The notes: generated from the letters alone by a model not told the origin. A stretch of 16,470 nt of DNA from an uncultured archaeon (GCA_964583985.1 CAZOYD010000069.1:1-16470); one strand, 5' to 3'; shown: positions 1 through 8,997, counted from the first letter of the stretch. Program-made: numbers and translations.

Positions 1-11
1 CTTTCTTTCAT
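1..11 (-). CDS. Probable 5' end (ATG AAA GAA AG..., MKE...) of a gene running off the left edge, possibly a paralog of the solute-binding protein gene
   Basis: CAT at 9-11 lies 30 nt from AAATATTGGATTAAT (41-55) and 65 nt from TATATAAACTT (76-86). These are the same motifs and spacings found next to the SBP start codon at 4136 (motifs at 4166 and 4201). The N-terminus MKE resembles the SBP's MKD. Confidence 0.5.
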
Positions 12-239
12 AATCATTCATTGTAAAAAGTTTTTAATTCAAATATTGGATTAATTTACGTTTGTGATTAGCTTATATATAAACTTATTATAATTTAGTC
101 AAAAAGACCTTTAATTATATTCAAAATCTCTTGATTAATTCTGAGTATATCTCTTCCGCATTTGAAGTATTCTTAACCGTTAATTCAACTTTCCCATAAA
201 GTAGAAATTTAGTTTAATGTAAAATGGGTAAGTTAGAAA
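12..239 (-). promoter_or_regulatory. Upstream/promoter region, copy A (paralogous to 4137-4302), with TATA-like AAGTTTATATA on the minus strand
   Basis: Three blocks match 4137-4302: TTTTTAATT-AAATATTGGATTAAT, TATATAAACTT and TAATTCAAC..CCAT...TTTAAT.TAAAATGGGTAA.TTAGAAA. Confidence 0.6.
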
Positions 240-623
240 AAAACATAATTGATAAAAACGGGGGTTTTCAATCATCCAATCCCATATTTATTGTTTTATT
301 TTATCAGGAAATTTCAGTGATGCTCGTTCTTACATAAAAGAGATCGAGAAATGTAATAAAATTCTACTATATTATGGATTAATACTTTATCCAATGCTTC
401 GATTAAGGACATGTATTCTGTTAAAGATACGGGTAATCGATCTTTTAAATAATAAAAGTAATCAATAAACATCTATAGTACTAGAGTAGGGGGCTAAATT
501 AATTAATTTTGATATTGAAAAAAATAAGTAATTGTGAGGGAAAAAAATTGGATACTGTCCCATTGTGAAAATTTACTTTCTTTAATGAAATATGGATATA
601 AAAAGATAAAAAAAATGAAAAAA

Positions 624-3600
624 TTAGGATGTTAGCTTAATTTTTCTCTTAAGTTTCGATTTTATGAGTAGAAAAGAGATTCCTAGTATTGTTAGAAGGA
701 TCAATGCTGAATCGTATCCCGGGATACCTGGTATTGCAACGGTTATCTCAACACAATTTGAGAGAGTATCTCCATTATTATTGTGTGCTACAACAATAAA
801 ATAATACGTTCCATCCACGTATCCACTCAATGCCCAAGTCAAATCGGTGATTTCATTTGCCAAGAGGGTAACACTTCCATCTATCACTGTAATAAAACTT
901 GAAGAACGATATACCGAGTAGTTATTTGCCTCAGATGCCGTCGTCCACGAGAGTTCAAAGATTCCATTATTATCAGGATTTCCCGCATTTGATGATAAGG
1001 TGAAATCTCCCGGTGGTGGTAGTTCTACGTTAATTTCAATGCAATTGGAAAGGGTATCGCCAGCATCATTGTGTGCTACTACAATAAAGTAATACGTTCC
1101 ATCATTGCATCCACTTAAGGCTAAGGTCAAATCGGTGATTTCATTTGCCAAGAGGGTAACACTTCCATCAATCACTGTAATGTAACTAGAAGAACGATAT
1201 ACCGAGTAATTATTTGCATAAGACGACGTAGTCCACGTGAGATCGAAGGCTCCATCATCATCAGGGGTTCCCGCATTTGATGATAAGGTGAAATTTCCTG
1301 GTGGTACATCAATGATGGTTAACATCGCGTTGGTATCGACAAAATTGAAGGCATAATTCATTGCTCCTGCGTCGTAAATAAATGTACCATTTAAGAGAAT
1401 TCCCGTACTCTGCTCATACCACACGATACCTCCTGGTTGAGTTAAATCTTCGAGTTCCCACACTCCAACGAGACCAAATCCGGGTAAGTCATACACTAAT
1501 TCTCTTGCGACATAAAAATCATGATCTCCTTCTCCATCAACAGCTATGGGGATCGTATCATAAAGAGATACATTCGTAAATATCCACCCCAGAGTATGAG
1601 CACCATCTCCAAACCCTGACCCACCTGACATTAATCTTGTTAAAGCATTCACGACCCATGTAGTTGACATATGAGATCCCATATATTCCTGCCCAAAAGA
1701 TTCATAATATAAATCACCTGTGAAAAGAGCATATGTAAAATTTGTATTAAAATAATAACCCATCCCTGAAACGGAATGTTTTATATACAATCCATCAAAT
1801 AATTGAGTTTCAACGACATTCACAATCTTAGTTTCTCTATTATTATCTATGGATGATTCAAGAGGTACAGGAAGAGCAAGAGCTGTAAAATTATAGGCCC
1901 TGTATTCGGTAGGTGTCCAGTCATATTCGATGGTTTGGTCCATTCCAACAGCGAGAGTAGGTACTGTAAGAGAATCAACTATAACATCATCGAGGTATAG
2001 ATACAATTCTACATCGACTTCAGGATTTAAACCTATATTTCGAACTGTAGCATTGATTTTATAGCTTGTATCGATTTCAAAACCAACGATAGGAAAGTCA
2101 AGATCCACTTCTAAATCATGATCCGGTGTAATTTCTACAACCACGGTTATACAGTTTGAAAGAGTATATCCATACTCATTGTTTGCAGTTACAATAAAGT
2201 AGTATGTTCCTTCTGTATAGGTACTTAGCACCAAGCTCAAGTCGGTAATTTCATCAGCTAAAACAGTCAAGCTTCCATTTATCTCAGTAATATAACTTGA
2301 ATGTTGATACACGGAATAATTATCTGCTCCATCAGCCAAAGTCCAGTTGAGAGCAAATACACCATCATCATCAGGACTCCCAGCATCAGATGATAATGTA
2401 AGGGAGCCTGGAGTTGCACGATAGATCGGATATGCACGGAATGAGCCCATTGCATTGTAAGGAACTCCTTGAATCTCATTCAGATCAACGTAGATTATTT
2501 TAGGGTGATAGAGAGGAGCATGGAATTGATTTCGTGCCAAGTATCCTTGAATGTTTTGATAGATAATGTTTCTGGCTAATTCATCAGTTTCTGCCAAAGC
2601 TGCGACTATCAAAGCATTTAAGTGTGCATCATCAACTTGAGCTGAGTTAGCACTGGATGCTGGGTTAAATATTGGGTTAATCATATTGTATGGATCAAGA
2701 TAATCTGGACTCCATCCAATAATGAATATACCTAAGTGATCATGATCAGCAAATAAGTAATTAAGGAATTCTTGATAAGTTACTCCATCATCCACCACAT
2801 TAATACCGATGAGCTTAAACCATTCCGTAACTGCAACTTGAAAGTCTTCTCTAAATGTATTTCCAAAATTATAGGTGTGCGGAACTGTCAGGAATGGAGA
2901 GCTTCCTTCTGCTACGGCAATCCATTGTGCATCTGTGGTGAATCCAACACCAAATCCCATCGACTGCATGTATGATCGTGCTAAGCTAAGGTCATAAGCA
3001 AGAGGGACGATAGATGCGTTGAATGAAGCACCAAAACCGGGTGAAATAGCCGAGACAGCTCTAATAGAATCCCCTAATCTTAAAACATCAATTACATAAG
3101 AATAGTTAATTGCATTAGCCATTGCCAATCTCCAAGTTTCATTATACTTTTCATTGTTGAATCCTAGATAATAATATATTAGACTTGGTCTACCAGTGTC
3201 CTCAGTGAATCTCTTCACCTTGATATTGGGATCCGCATCGTATAGAGGAATGTATATAGACGCAATCATATCTTCTAATATATCAATTTCATAAGCGAGC
3301 ATCGCATTATGAGCAGTAGTAAAATCATTAAAAATTACAAATACCATATCTTCAAAATACGCTGGTCCTTTCCAGTAATTATCCCATCGACTAAATTTTA
3401 CTTCTACCCCTGGATTAAAATAATCATAAGTAAATGGTCCTGTTCCTATTGGATGACCTGTTGTGAGGTCAATGAAGGTTGTTGCTTCAGCCGCATGAGC
3501 GGTTGGAGAAATCATGCCCGCGTTAATATAAGATAGAGTGCTTAAGAAAGGAGAATAAGGAGCGTTGAGAGTAATTGTGAGGTTAGAATTTCCAACTGTC

Positions 3601-4136
3601 GCGACGTTATTAATTATGGGAGTTACTCCATCAGGGAGCATCCACAAGGATTGAGTTTGAGCGACTGTACCAGTATTAGTACCAGTACAATTTGTAAGGT
3701 ATAATAACCTATCAAGATTCCATTTTGCTGCTGTTGCATTAAATGGAGTTCCATCATGGAAAAGAATACCTTCCCTAAGATGTATTGAAAGATGGGTACT
3801 ATCTATCCAATGAAAGGAATGAGCAAGTTGGTTAATTCGAGGTAAATTTTCATCTGTTAAATTGTAAAAAAACAGGGTTTCAACCACTTGTTCTAATACA
3901 TCATTTGACCCACTATCCCACGCCTCAACAAGCTCTAAAGTAAATGGACCCGAACTTTTTCCCACTTTGAGAGTCAAAGGATCAGCTCCAATACTGGAGG
4001 TTAAGAAGGTTACTGTTTGATCCGTAATACGAGTAGTTTTTTCAGTATTTAAACGCATTGATGTGAGGTTATAAATATTGAAACATAACAAAAAAATCAT
4101 TAAAAATATAAATAACTTAGTAAATTTATCTTTCAT
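624..4136 (-). CDS. Cell-surface ABC-type family 5 (OppA/DppA-like) solute-binding protein fused to three ~96-aa Ig/FN3-like repeats, a CARDB-like domain and a C-terminal IPGY sorting/membrane anchor
   Basis: N-terminal signal peptide. SBP_bac_5 motifs LREGILFHDGTPFNATA, PIGTGPF, YLGFN and IGWSPDYLDP. CARDB-like INATVRNIG...NN. C-terminus IPGYDSALILLTILGISFLLIKSKLKRK. Confidence 0.9.
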   Translation of the reverse strand: MKDKFTKLFIFLMIFLLCFNIYNLTSMRLNTEKTTRITDQTVTFLTSSIGADPLTLKVGKSSGPFTLELVEAWDSGSNDVLEQVVETLFFYNLTDENLPRINQLAHSFHWIDSTHLSIHLREGILFHDGTPFNATAAKWNLDRLLYLTNCTGTNTGTVAQTQSLWMLPDGVTPIINNVATVGNSNLTITLNAPYSPFLSTLSYINAGMISPTAHAAEATTFIDLTTGHPIGTGPFTYDYFNPGVEVKFSRWDNYWKGPAYFEDMVFVIFNDFTTAHNAMLAYEIDILEDMIASIYIPLYDADPNIKVKRFTEDTGRPSLIYYYLGFNNEKYNETWRLAMANAINYSYVIDVLRLGDSIRAVSAISPGFGASFNASIVPLAYDLSLARSYMQSMGFGVGFTTDAQWIAVAEGSSPFLTVPHTYNFGNTFREDFQVAVTEWFKLIGINVVDDGVTYQEFLNYLFADHDHLGIFIIGWSPDYLDPYNMINPIFNPASSANSAQVDDAHLNALIVAALAETDELARNIIYQNIQGYLARNQFHAPLYHPKIIYVDLNEIQGVPYNAMGSFRAYPIYRATPGSLTLSSDAGSPDDDGVFALNWTLADGADNYSVYQHSSYITEINGSLTVLADEITDLSLVLSTYTEGTYYFIVTANNEYGYTLSNCITVVVEITPDHDLEVDLDFPIVGFEIDTSYKINATVRNIGLNPEVDVELYLYLDDVIVDSLTVPTLAVGMDQTIEYDWTPTEYRAYNFTALALPVPLESSIDNNRETKIVNVVETQLFDGLYIKHSVSGMGYYFNTNFTYALFTGDLYYESFGQEYMGSHMSTTWVVNALTRLMSGGSGFGDGAHTLGWIFTNVSLYDTIPIAVDGEGDHDFYVARELVYDLPGFGLVGVWELEDLTQPGGIVWYEQSTGILLNGTFIYDAGAMNYAFNFVDTNAMLTIIDVPPGNFTLSSNAGTPDDDGAFDLTWTTSSYANNYSVYRSSSYITVIDGSVTLLANEITDLTLALSGCNDGTYYFIVVAHNDAGDTLSNCIEINVELPPPGDFTLSSNAGNPDNNGIFELSWTTASEANNYSVYRSSSFITVIDGSVTLLANEITDLTWALSGYVDGTYYFIVVAHNNNGDTLSNCVEITVAIPGIPGYDSALILLTILGISFLLIKSKLKRKIKLTS
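740..1305 (-). repeat. Tandem intragenic 288-bp (96-aa) repeat units 2 and 3 of the SBP
   Basis: Identical stretch GTCAAATCGGTGATTTCATTTGCCAAGAGGGTAACACTTCCATC at about 838 and 1126 (offset 288). Protein repeat PPG.FTLSSNAG.PD..G.F.L.WT....A.NYSVY...GTYYFIVVAHN..GDTLSNC. Confidence 0.9.
2130..2412 (-). repeat. Intragenic repeat unit 1, a more diverged copy of the 96-aa domain
   Basis: PGSLTLSSDAGSPDDDGVFALNWT...NYSVY...LADEITDL...GTYYFIVTANN...TLSNCI aligns with units 2 and 3. Confidence 0.85.
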
Positions 4137-4302
4137 GATTTAACACTGACTAAAATTTTTAATTAAAATATTGGATTAATATAATTTTATAAAATACTCA
4201 TATATAAACTTTTTTTGAATCAAGGTAAATATTGCTTAAACAATAATTCAACATTTCCATATCGTACTAATTTTATTTAATATAAAATGGGTAAATTAGA
4301 AA
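4137..4302 (-). promoter_or_regulatory. Promoter region of the SBP gene (copy B), with TATA-like element at 4201-4211
   Basis: Minus-strand AAAAAAAGTTTATATA (BRE/TATA-like) about 65 nt upstream of the ATG. Blocks are conserved with 12-239. Confidence 0.6.
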
Positions 4303-4535
4303 GGATTAGAATTGCATTTTTTCTAAAAATGTAAAGAAAGGTCAATCATATCAGATATTTTCCATCACAAAGAATGATTGATACTTCGCCAATAAATCTA
4401 ACAATTCTTCAATGATTTTGAATACCTTCATCATTTGATCCCAAATATCTTAATAATATTCATCCTAAATAAATTCGCAACCAATTTGAAAAAAATGACT
4501 CTGAAAATATAGGTGAAAAGATAAGATAAAATTAA

Positions 4536-4673
4536 TTAAGTTGGAAACTTGATTTTCTCAAGAGCTACTTCTAAATCTTTCTCTTTCTTTAATAATACTC
4601 CAAGAAATGGTATATCTTTTCTAAATTCTTCAATAGAAATTCCGCTTTTAAGCAAGACACCTATCCAATCGAG
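4536..4673 (-). pseudogene. Start-less duplicate of the last 45 codons plus stop of the MoxR ATPase gene
   Basis: Translates to LDWIGVLLKSGISIEEFRKDIPFLGVLLKKEKDLEVALEKIKFPT*, versus LDWISVLLKSGITIEELKQGIPFLGVLLKKEKDLEIALEKIKFPS* in the gene (37/45 identical by hand). It is in frame, three codons after the gene's TAA. Confidence 0.9.
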
Positions 4674-4682
4674 ATTGTGATG

Positions 4683-5537
4683 TTAGGAAGGGAATTTGAT
4701 TTTTTCTAAAGCAATTTCAAGATCCTTTTCCTTTTTAAGTAGTACTCCTAAAAATGGTATGCCTTGCTTCAATTCTTCAATTGTTATACCACTTTTTAAT
4801 AGTACAGATATCCAATCCAAAATTTCAGAAGTTGATGGCATTTTTCTTATTTTAGTGATAGCCCTGAGAGCATAGAAGTGTTTTAAGCATTGATCTAATA
4901 AATTTTGCTTTAAATTAGGATAATGGAGATTACAAATTTCAGTCATGAACTCTTTTGATGGGAATTCAATCCAGTGAAATACACATCTACGTAAAAAAGC
5001 ATCTGGAAGTTCTTTTTCATTATTTGAAGTAATGATAACGATAGGACGCGTTTTTGCTTTAATTGTCTCTTTAGTTTCTTTTACATAAAATTCCATCACA
5101 TCTAACTCTTGTAAAAGATCGTTGGGAAACTCAATATCTGCTTTATCTACCTCATCAATAAGAAGAACGACTTGCTCATCAGAATCAAAAGCTTCTCCTA
5201 AAGGTCCGAGAGTGATGTAATCTTTTACATTATCAACGTTTCGATCTTCACTCCCAAATCGACTATCATTTAATCTTTGGACTGTATCGTACATGTAACA
5301 CCCATCTATTGCTTCTGTGGTGCTCTTTATATTCCATGTAATAAGTTTTTTTCCCAAGGATTCGGCAATTGCATGAGATAAAAGCGTTTTTCCAGTACCG
5401 GGTTCACCTTTAACTAATAAAGGTCGAGCTAATGCAATAGAAACATTAACAATATTTCGAAGTTGAGGATCGGCGATGTATTTAATCCTATCTGTATTTA
5501 CATCGCCTTTAAACTTATTAAACCCATCATTATTCAT
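4683..5537 (-). CDS. MoxR-family AAA+ ATPase (CoxD/AAA_5-like)
   Basis: Walker A GEPGTGKT, Walker B VLLIDEVDKAD, FPNDLL, and IITSNNEKELPDAFLRRC. Confidence 0.92.
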   Translation of the reverse strand: MNNDGFNKFKGDVNTDRIKYIADPQLRNIVNVSIALARPLLVKGEPGTGKTLLSHAIAESLGKKLITWNIKSTTEAIDGCYMYDTVQRLNDSRFGSEDRNVDNVKDYITLGPLGEAFDSDEQVVLLIDEVDKADIEFPNDLLQELDVMEFYVKETKETIKAKTRPIVIITSNNEKELPDAFLRRCVFHWIEFPSKEFMTEICNLHYPNLKQNLLDQCLKHFYALRAITKIRKMPSTSEILDWISVLLKSGITIEELKQGIPFLGVLLKKEKDLEIALEKIKFPS

Positions 5538-5640
5538 AATTAAATGAATTAATTAGGAATTAAATAATTTTTGACTACAAGAAAAAGAATTATTAATAAT
5601 TTATAAAAGAAAATAAAATTGGATTTTTGCTATATTGGGT

Positions 5641-6207
5641 TTAGGCTATTTTGGCAATCGTAAAAAAGTTATGTGCTCCTCCAGGGAATATGTTTCTTGT
5701 TGTGTGTGCATAATTATATTGGTATATTAATATACTAAGAGATTCACCTTCTGCGAAATTAAAATTATTCGTTAGAGCGACCCCAAATGTATTAGTAGTG
5801 TTACTTGCAGTAAATGATCTGGAACAAAGTATAATAGCATTACTGAGAAGTTGTATTATAAAAAAATCCCCATCAACTGCTTCTATGCTATATTGTGTTG
5901 TTACTTGATAAATTCCCGGTTCATGAATCGTATAGGAATCAGATGTGAGATTAAAAGCATCACGATTATCATCACTTATTTGATTATAGTTGAATGTTTG
6001 GGATGATTGATAGGGTATTGAATATGTAGACGTACTATCATAATACACACTTGCCATTGGCGGAACATATGAAGTTATCTCATTGATATGAGCATTCAGA
6101 GCATTAATATAATTATTCATGAAAACGAATGAATAGACTCCTAAGGCGACACTTGCTAACGCAATTATTAGGGATACAACTCCTAACATATTTCTTCCTT
6201 TACTCAA
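5641..6207 (-). CDS. Membrane-anchored protein with a C1q/TNF-like jelly-roll domain (start TTG 6207 or ATG 6189)
   Basis: N-terminal TM helix, short amphipathic stalk (YINALNAHINEI), then F.Y....DNRDAFNLTSDSYTIHEPGIYQV...GESLSILIYQ...NFFTIAKI, which matches the C1q-type pattern. Confidence 0.65.
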   Translation of the reverse strand: MSKGRNMLGVVSLIIALASVALGVYSFVFMNNYINALNAHINEITSYVPPMASVYYDSTSTYSIPYQSSQTFNYNQISDDNRDAFNLTSDSYTIHEPGIYQVTTQYSIEAVDGDFFIIQLLSNAIILCSRSFTASNTTNTFGVALTNNFNFAEGESLSILIYQYNYAHTTRNIFPGGAHNFFTIAKIA

Positions 6208-6585
6208 TTTAAATTTACGTTTTTGGTAAAAATTATATTAGTCTTAATAGAACTAATTTAATATTTATAGCTTTTGATATGTCCATTAGATTTTTTAGGA
6301 TGATATTCTTCACAAAATTCAGCATTTTCTAAAACCTCTTTTTTATTACGATTATTTCCATGCTCCAGAATATAATTATTAAAATCTAATATATAAAGAA
6401 AGAAAATGCAAAAAAATTGGATTTATTCATAAGTAAGTCTTAGGTTCTTTTCACAATCGCAAAATGAAACCTTAGTTCATGAATTATAATTAGAAAATTT
6501 AAGTAAAACTTTGAATCATATAATTCATAACTTTATTTAATCAAAAGAAAAATAAGTTCATATACAAGTAGTAAAGTGAATATAA

Positions 6586-6960
6586 ATGACAAATGAAGAT
6601 GAGATGTTAGGAGAATTAAAAAAAATTCGAGAATTACTGACCCCGCCACCAGCACCACCTAAAGAAAAACCAAAAAACTTGGCAATGGAATTCTTGGATT
6701 TCATAAAAAAATATAAAGTTCTGGGTCTTGCCTCAGCATTTATAATCGGTCTTGCTGTAAATGCACTAATCCTTTCCTTAGCTCAAGATATAATAACCCC
6801 AATAATCGGACTCTTTATACCAGGATTTACTACTATTGCAGATTTCAAACTTGGTGTATTTGGGATCGGAAATTTCATAGCAGCATTCATTAATTTTATA
6901 ATAATAGCGTTTATAGTGTTCCTTATCATAAAATTAGCGTCAAGGATAGGACTTGATTAA
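6586..6960 (+). CDS. mscL: Large-conductance mechanosensitive channel MscL family protein
   Basis: EFLDFIKKYKVLGLASAFIIGLAVNALILSLAQDIITPII (S1/TM1) and GNFIAAFINFIIIAFIVFLIIK (TM2). Confidence 0.9.
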   Translation: MTNEDEMLGELKKIRELLTPPPAPPKEKPKNLAMEFLDFIKKYKVLGLASAFIIGLAVNALILSLAQDIITPIIGLFIPGFTTIADFKLGVFGIGNFIAAFINFIIIAFIVFLIIKLASRIGLD

Positions 6961-7153
6961 GTTATTTTTAAAAGATTAAATAATAATTTTTTTTCTATTT
7001 TTGTTATAAACCTTCTGTTTAATGAAAACCATCTAGAAGCTTTTTTAAAAGTAACAATAAACGATAATATTTAACATAGAATTCAACGTTTTGTTGAGAT
7101 TAATTTTTTTCAAATATTAACGACAGCTAAAAATATTTGATATTTAAAATTAA

Positions 7154-8782
7154 TCATAAAGAATCATCTAAGATCTCAATTTGAAAGATTTTGGAGTCGT
7201 TCCAAGTTTCACAAGTTCTATAGATCCCCCACAGATAACTTCCATCCCAAGACATGCCTACACATCCTCCTGCTACGTCATATATCCTTCCTACTATATC
7301 CCCCGTCTTTGTCCAGGCAATAAGCCTGTTTCCTGCACTTGACCAGAAATGAGTGCCATTCCAAGTGAATGGACTATACAAGTCTATCCCAATCAAGTTG
7401 GTTGTCCCGTGGATAGTCCCATTTTTGTACAATTCAAATAATTTAGACCCTGCTCTATTGGTAATGTAAAGATATGTACCATCAGTTGCTAAACCTTGAC
7501 GTCCACCAGTTTCTTGTTCGGGAATCGGAAAGGAGTCATGAATGGTCACGGCAGTATCATTAACTGAAAATTTAACGATTTTTAAAAGCGAATGATCTTG
7601 AGCCCAAAAATACTCTCCATCATAACATAATCCTCTTGGTCCGAATAATTGGGAAGTATCGATTGAATATTCCGTATAATTTGAGGTTATGGGATCTATT
7701 TTGAGTAATTTACCCGTCTCTAATTTCCAAATATACCCATTAGCATATTCTAATGCCCAACCAAACCCTAAACCTTGACCTATTCTTCTATTTACACGTC
7801 TAGTTTCATCAATGGGATCATACACATATATGAATTGATCTTCGGGATCTCCTGGAGTATAACCTAAATTACTATGTTTGATATCTTGAAAACCAACGTC
7901 GGGTATGGGAACAAAATCTTCACCAAAATCATTATTAACACTAATAAGAGTGCTTGAATTTTGGAGTGCAAGTATGGCAGTAGCGTTATCGAAACCATCA
8001 AATTTGTTCCAAGTAACAGTTGCATTTGCATTACCAGCAACTTGCACCGCCGTTAAATCGGTATTGTTATAATTATAAAAGTAATTACCTTCAAGTGTTA
8101 CGTTAGAATCGAAAACTATGAATGGAAAATGACCCCCAGCAAAGATGTTATTGCGAATTTCTACATCATAATTATATTGCTCAAGAGCTATTTCATGATA
8201 CCCATTTTGATAGAGCAAGTTATATTCAATAAGGGGAGCCGATCTTTCCATATAGATCCCCTCGCTATTTATCCATCTCACAATTGAATGGCTTATGTTT
8301 GCTTTGGAATCAAATTGAGCAATTCCCAAATTGGCATATTCCACAATAACATAATTGAAAAATGAAGTATTAGTTCTATACAATTCTATTCCCCCCCAAT
8401 CACCATTGATTGGATTATCGGAATCAGAAGTAAACCATATTTGTTTCGTTGATGTACCATTAGCAATTAACGTACCCTCGACTACAGCAAACCCTATGTA
8501 TTGCAAGGATTTATAATCTCGACATGGCTTGAAATTAATTTGAGTCCCTGGTAGTATCGTTAAGGTAACCCCTTTCGGTACCAATATGCTTTCATTTACA
8601 AAAATGTTACCAGTCCACGTTTCATCTTGAGTAACGGTCCCTCCCTTGAAAATGGGGTTAATATCGGTATTTTTATCTTCCGGAAATATAAGAAAGTAAA
8701 CCAAAATAGAAGTGCTCACAATAATGCCAATAAATATTATGGATATCAATATTTTTTTACTAAATGGTAATCTAAACAACAT
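7154..8782 (-). CDS. Membrane-anchored extracellular protein with a right-handed parallel beta-helix and a C-terminal beta-propeller
   Basis: N-terminal TM. VPKGVTLTILPGT...GTLIANGT....IWFTS...WGGI beta-helix entry motif and Asn-rich repeats. Propeller repeats GLCYDGEYFW, GLATDGTYLY, FTWNGTHFW and GMSWDGSYLW. Confidence 0.8.
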   Translation of the reverse strand: MLFRLPFSKKILISIIFIGIIVSTSILVYFLIFPEDKNTDINPIFKGGTVTQDETWTGNIFVNESILVPKGVTLTILPGTQINFKPCRDYKSLQYIGFAVVEGTLIANGTSTKQIWFTSDSDNPINGDWGGIELYRTNTSFFNYVIVEYANLGIAQFDSKANISHSIVRWINSEGIYMERSAPLIEYNLLYQNGYHEIALEQYNYDVEIRNNIFAGGHFPFIVFDSNVTLEGNYFYNYNNTDLTAVQVAGNANATVTWNKFDGFDNATAILALQNSSTLISVNNDFGEDFVPIPDVGFQDIKHSNLGYTPGDPEDQFIYVYDPIDETRRVNRRIGQGLGFGWALEYANGYIWKLETGKLLKIDPITSNYTEYSIDTSQLFGPRGLCYDGEYFWAQDHSLLKIVKFSVNDTAVTIHDSFPIPEQETGGRQGLATDGTYLYITNRAGSKLFELYKNGTIHGTTNLIGIDLYSPFTWNGTHFWSSAGNRLIAWTKTGDIVGRIYDVAGGCVGMSWDGSYLWGIYRTCETWNDSKIFQIEILDDSL

Positions 8783-8954
8783 GATCCCTCTTTAAGCCTT
8801 AAAAAAGTTTAGATGGAGATTAATTAATGATAGTTTATCTTCAATTTGTATTATATGCTATATAATTTGATTTTTTTTATAATTTGATATTTTTCTTTAT
8901 GTAATAGTTAATTTAGAATTCAGTATTTTCTCTAAATCGTTTTTTATAAAAAGA

Positions 8955-8997
8955 TTTCCATCAAATAATTTTCATTAAAGAACAGAAAGATTTAATA
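8955..8997 (+). promoter_or_regulatory. Putative operator-like motif TTTCCATCAAATAATTTTCAT followed by BRE/TATA-like AGAAAGATTTAATA upstream of the radical SAM operon
   Basis: Near match to TTTCCATCAATTTGTTTCAT (12469) and TTTCCATCAATTATTTTCAT (13822) upstream of the GTPases. Confidence 0.45.

Noticed and set aside
740-1305. Repeats considered as a CRISPR array or mobile-element ends
   Set aside because: They are in-frame 288-bp protein domain repeats with no spacer structure and no cas or transposase genes.
1382-3536. Short ORFs 1382-1579, 2279-2479, 2772-2975 and 3309-3536
   Set aside because: They are antisense or alternate-frame shadows inside the well-supported SBP gene and show no motifs.
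4351-4434. Tiny minus-strand ORF MMKVFKIIEELLDLLAKYQSFFVMENI, possibly a gene remnant
   Set aside because: Only 27 codons with upstream in-frame stops and no recognisable homology.
4536-4820. Possible DGR template/variable repeat pair
   Set aside because: Mismatches are mostly synonymous and not restricted to adenines, and there is no reverse transcriptase in the window.
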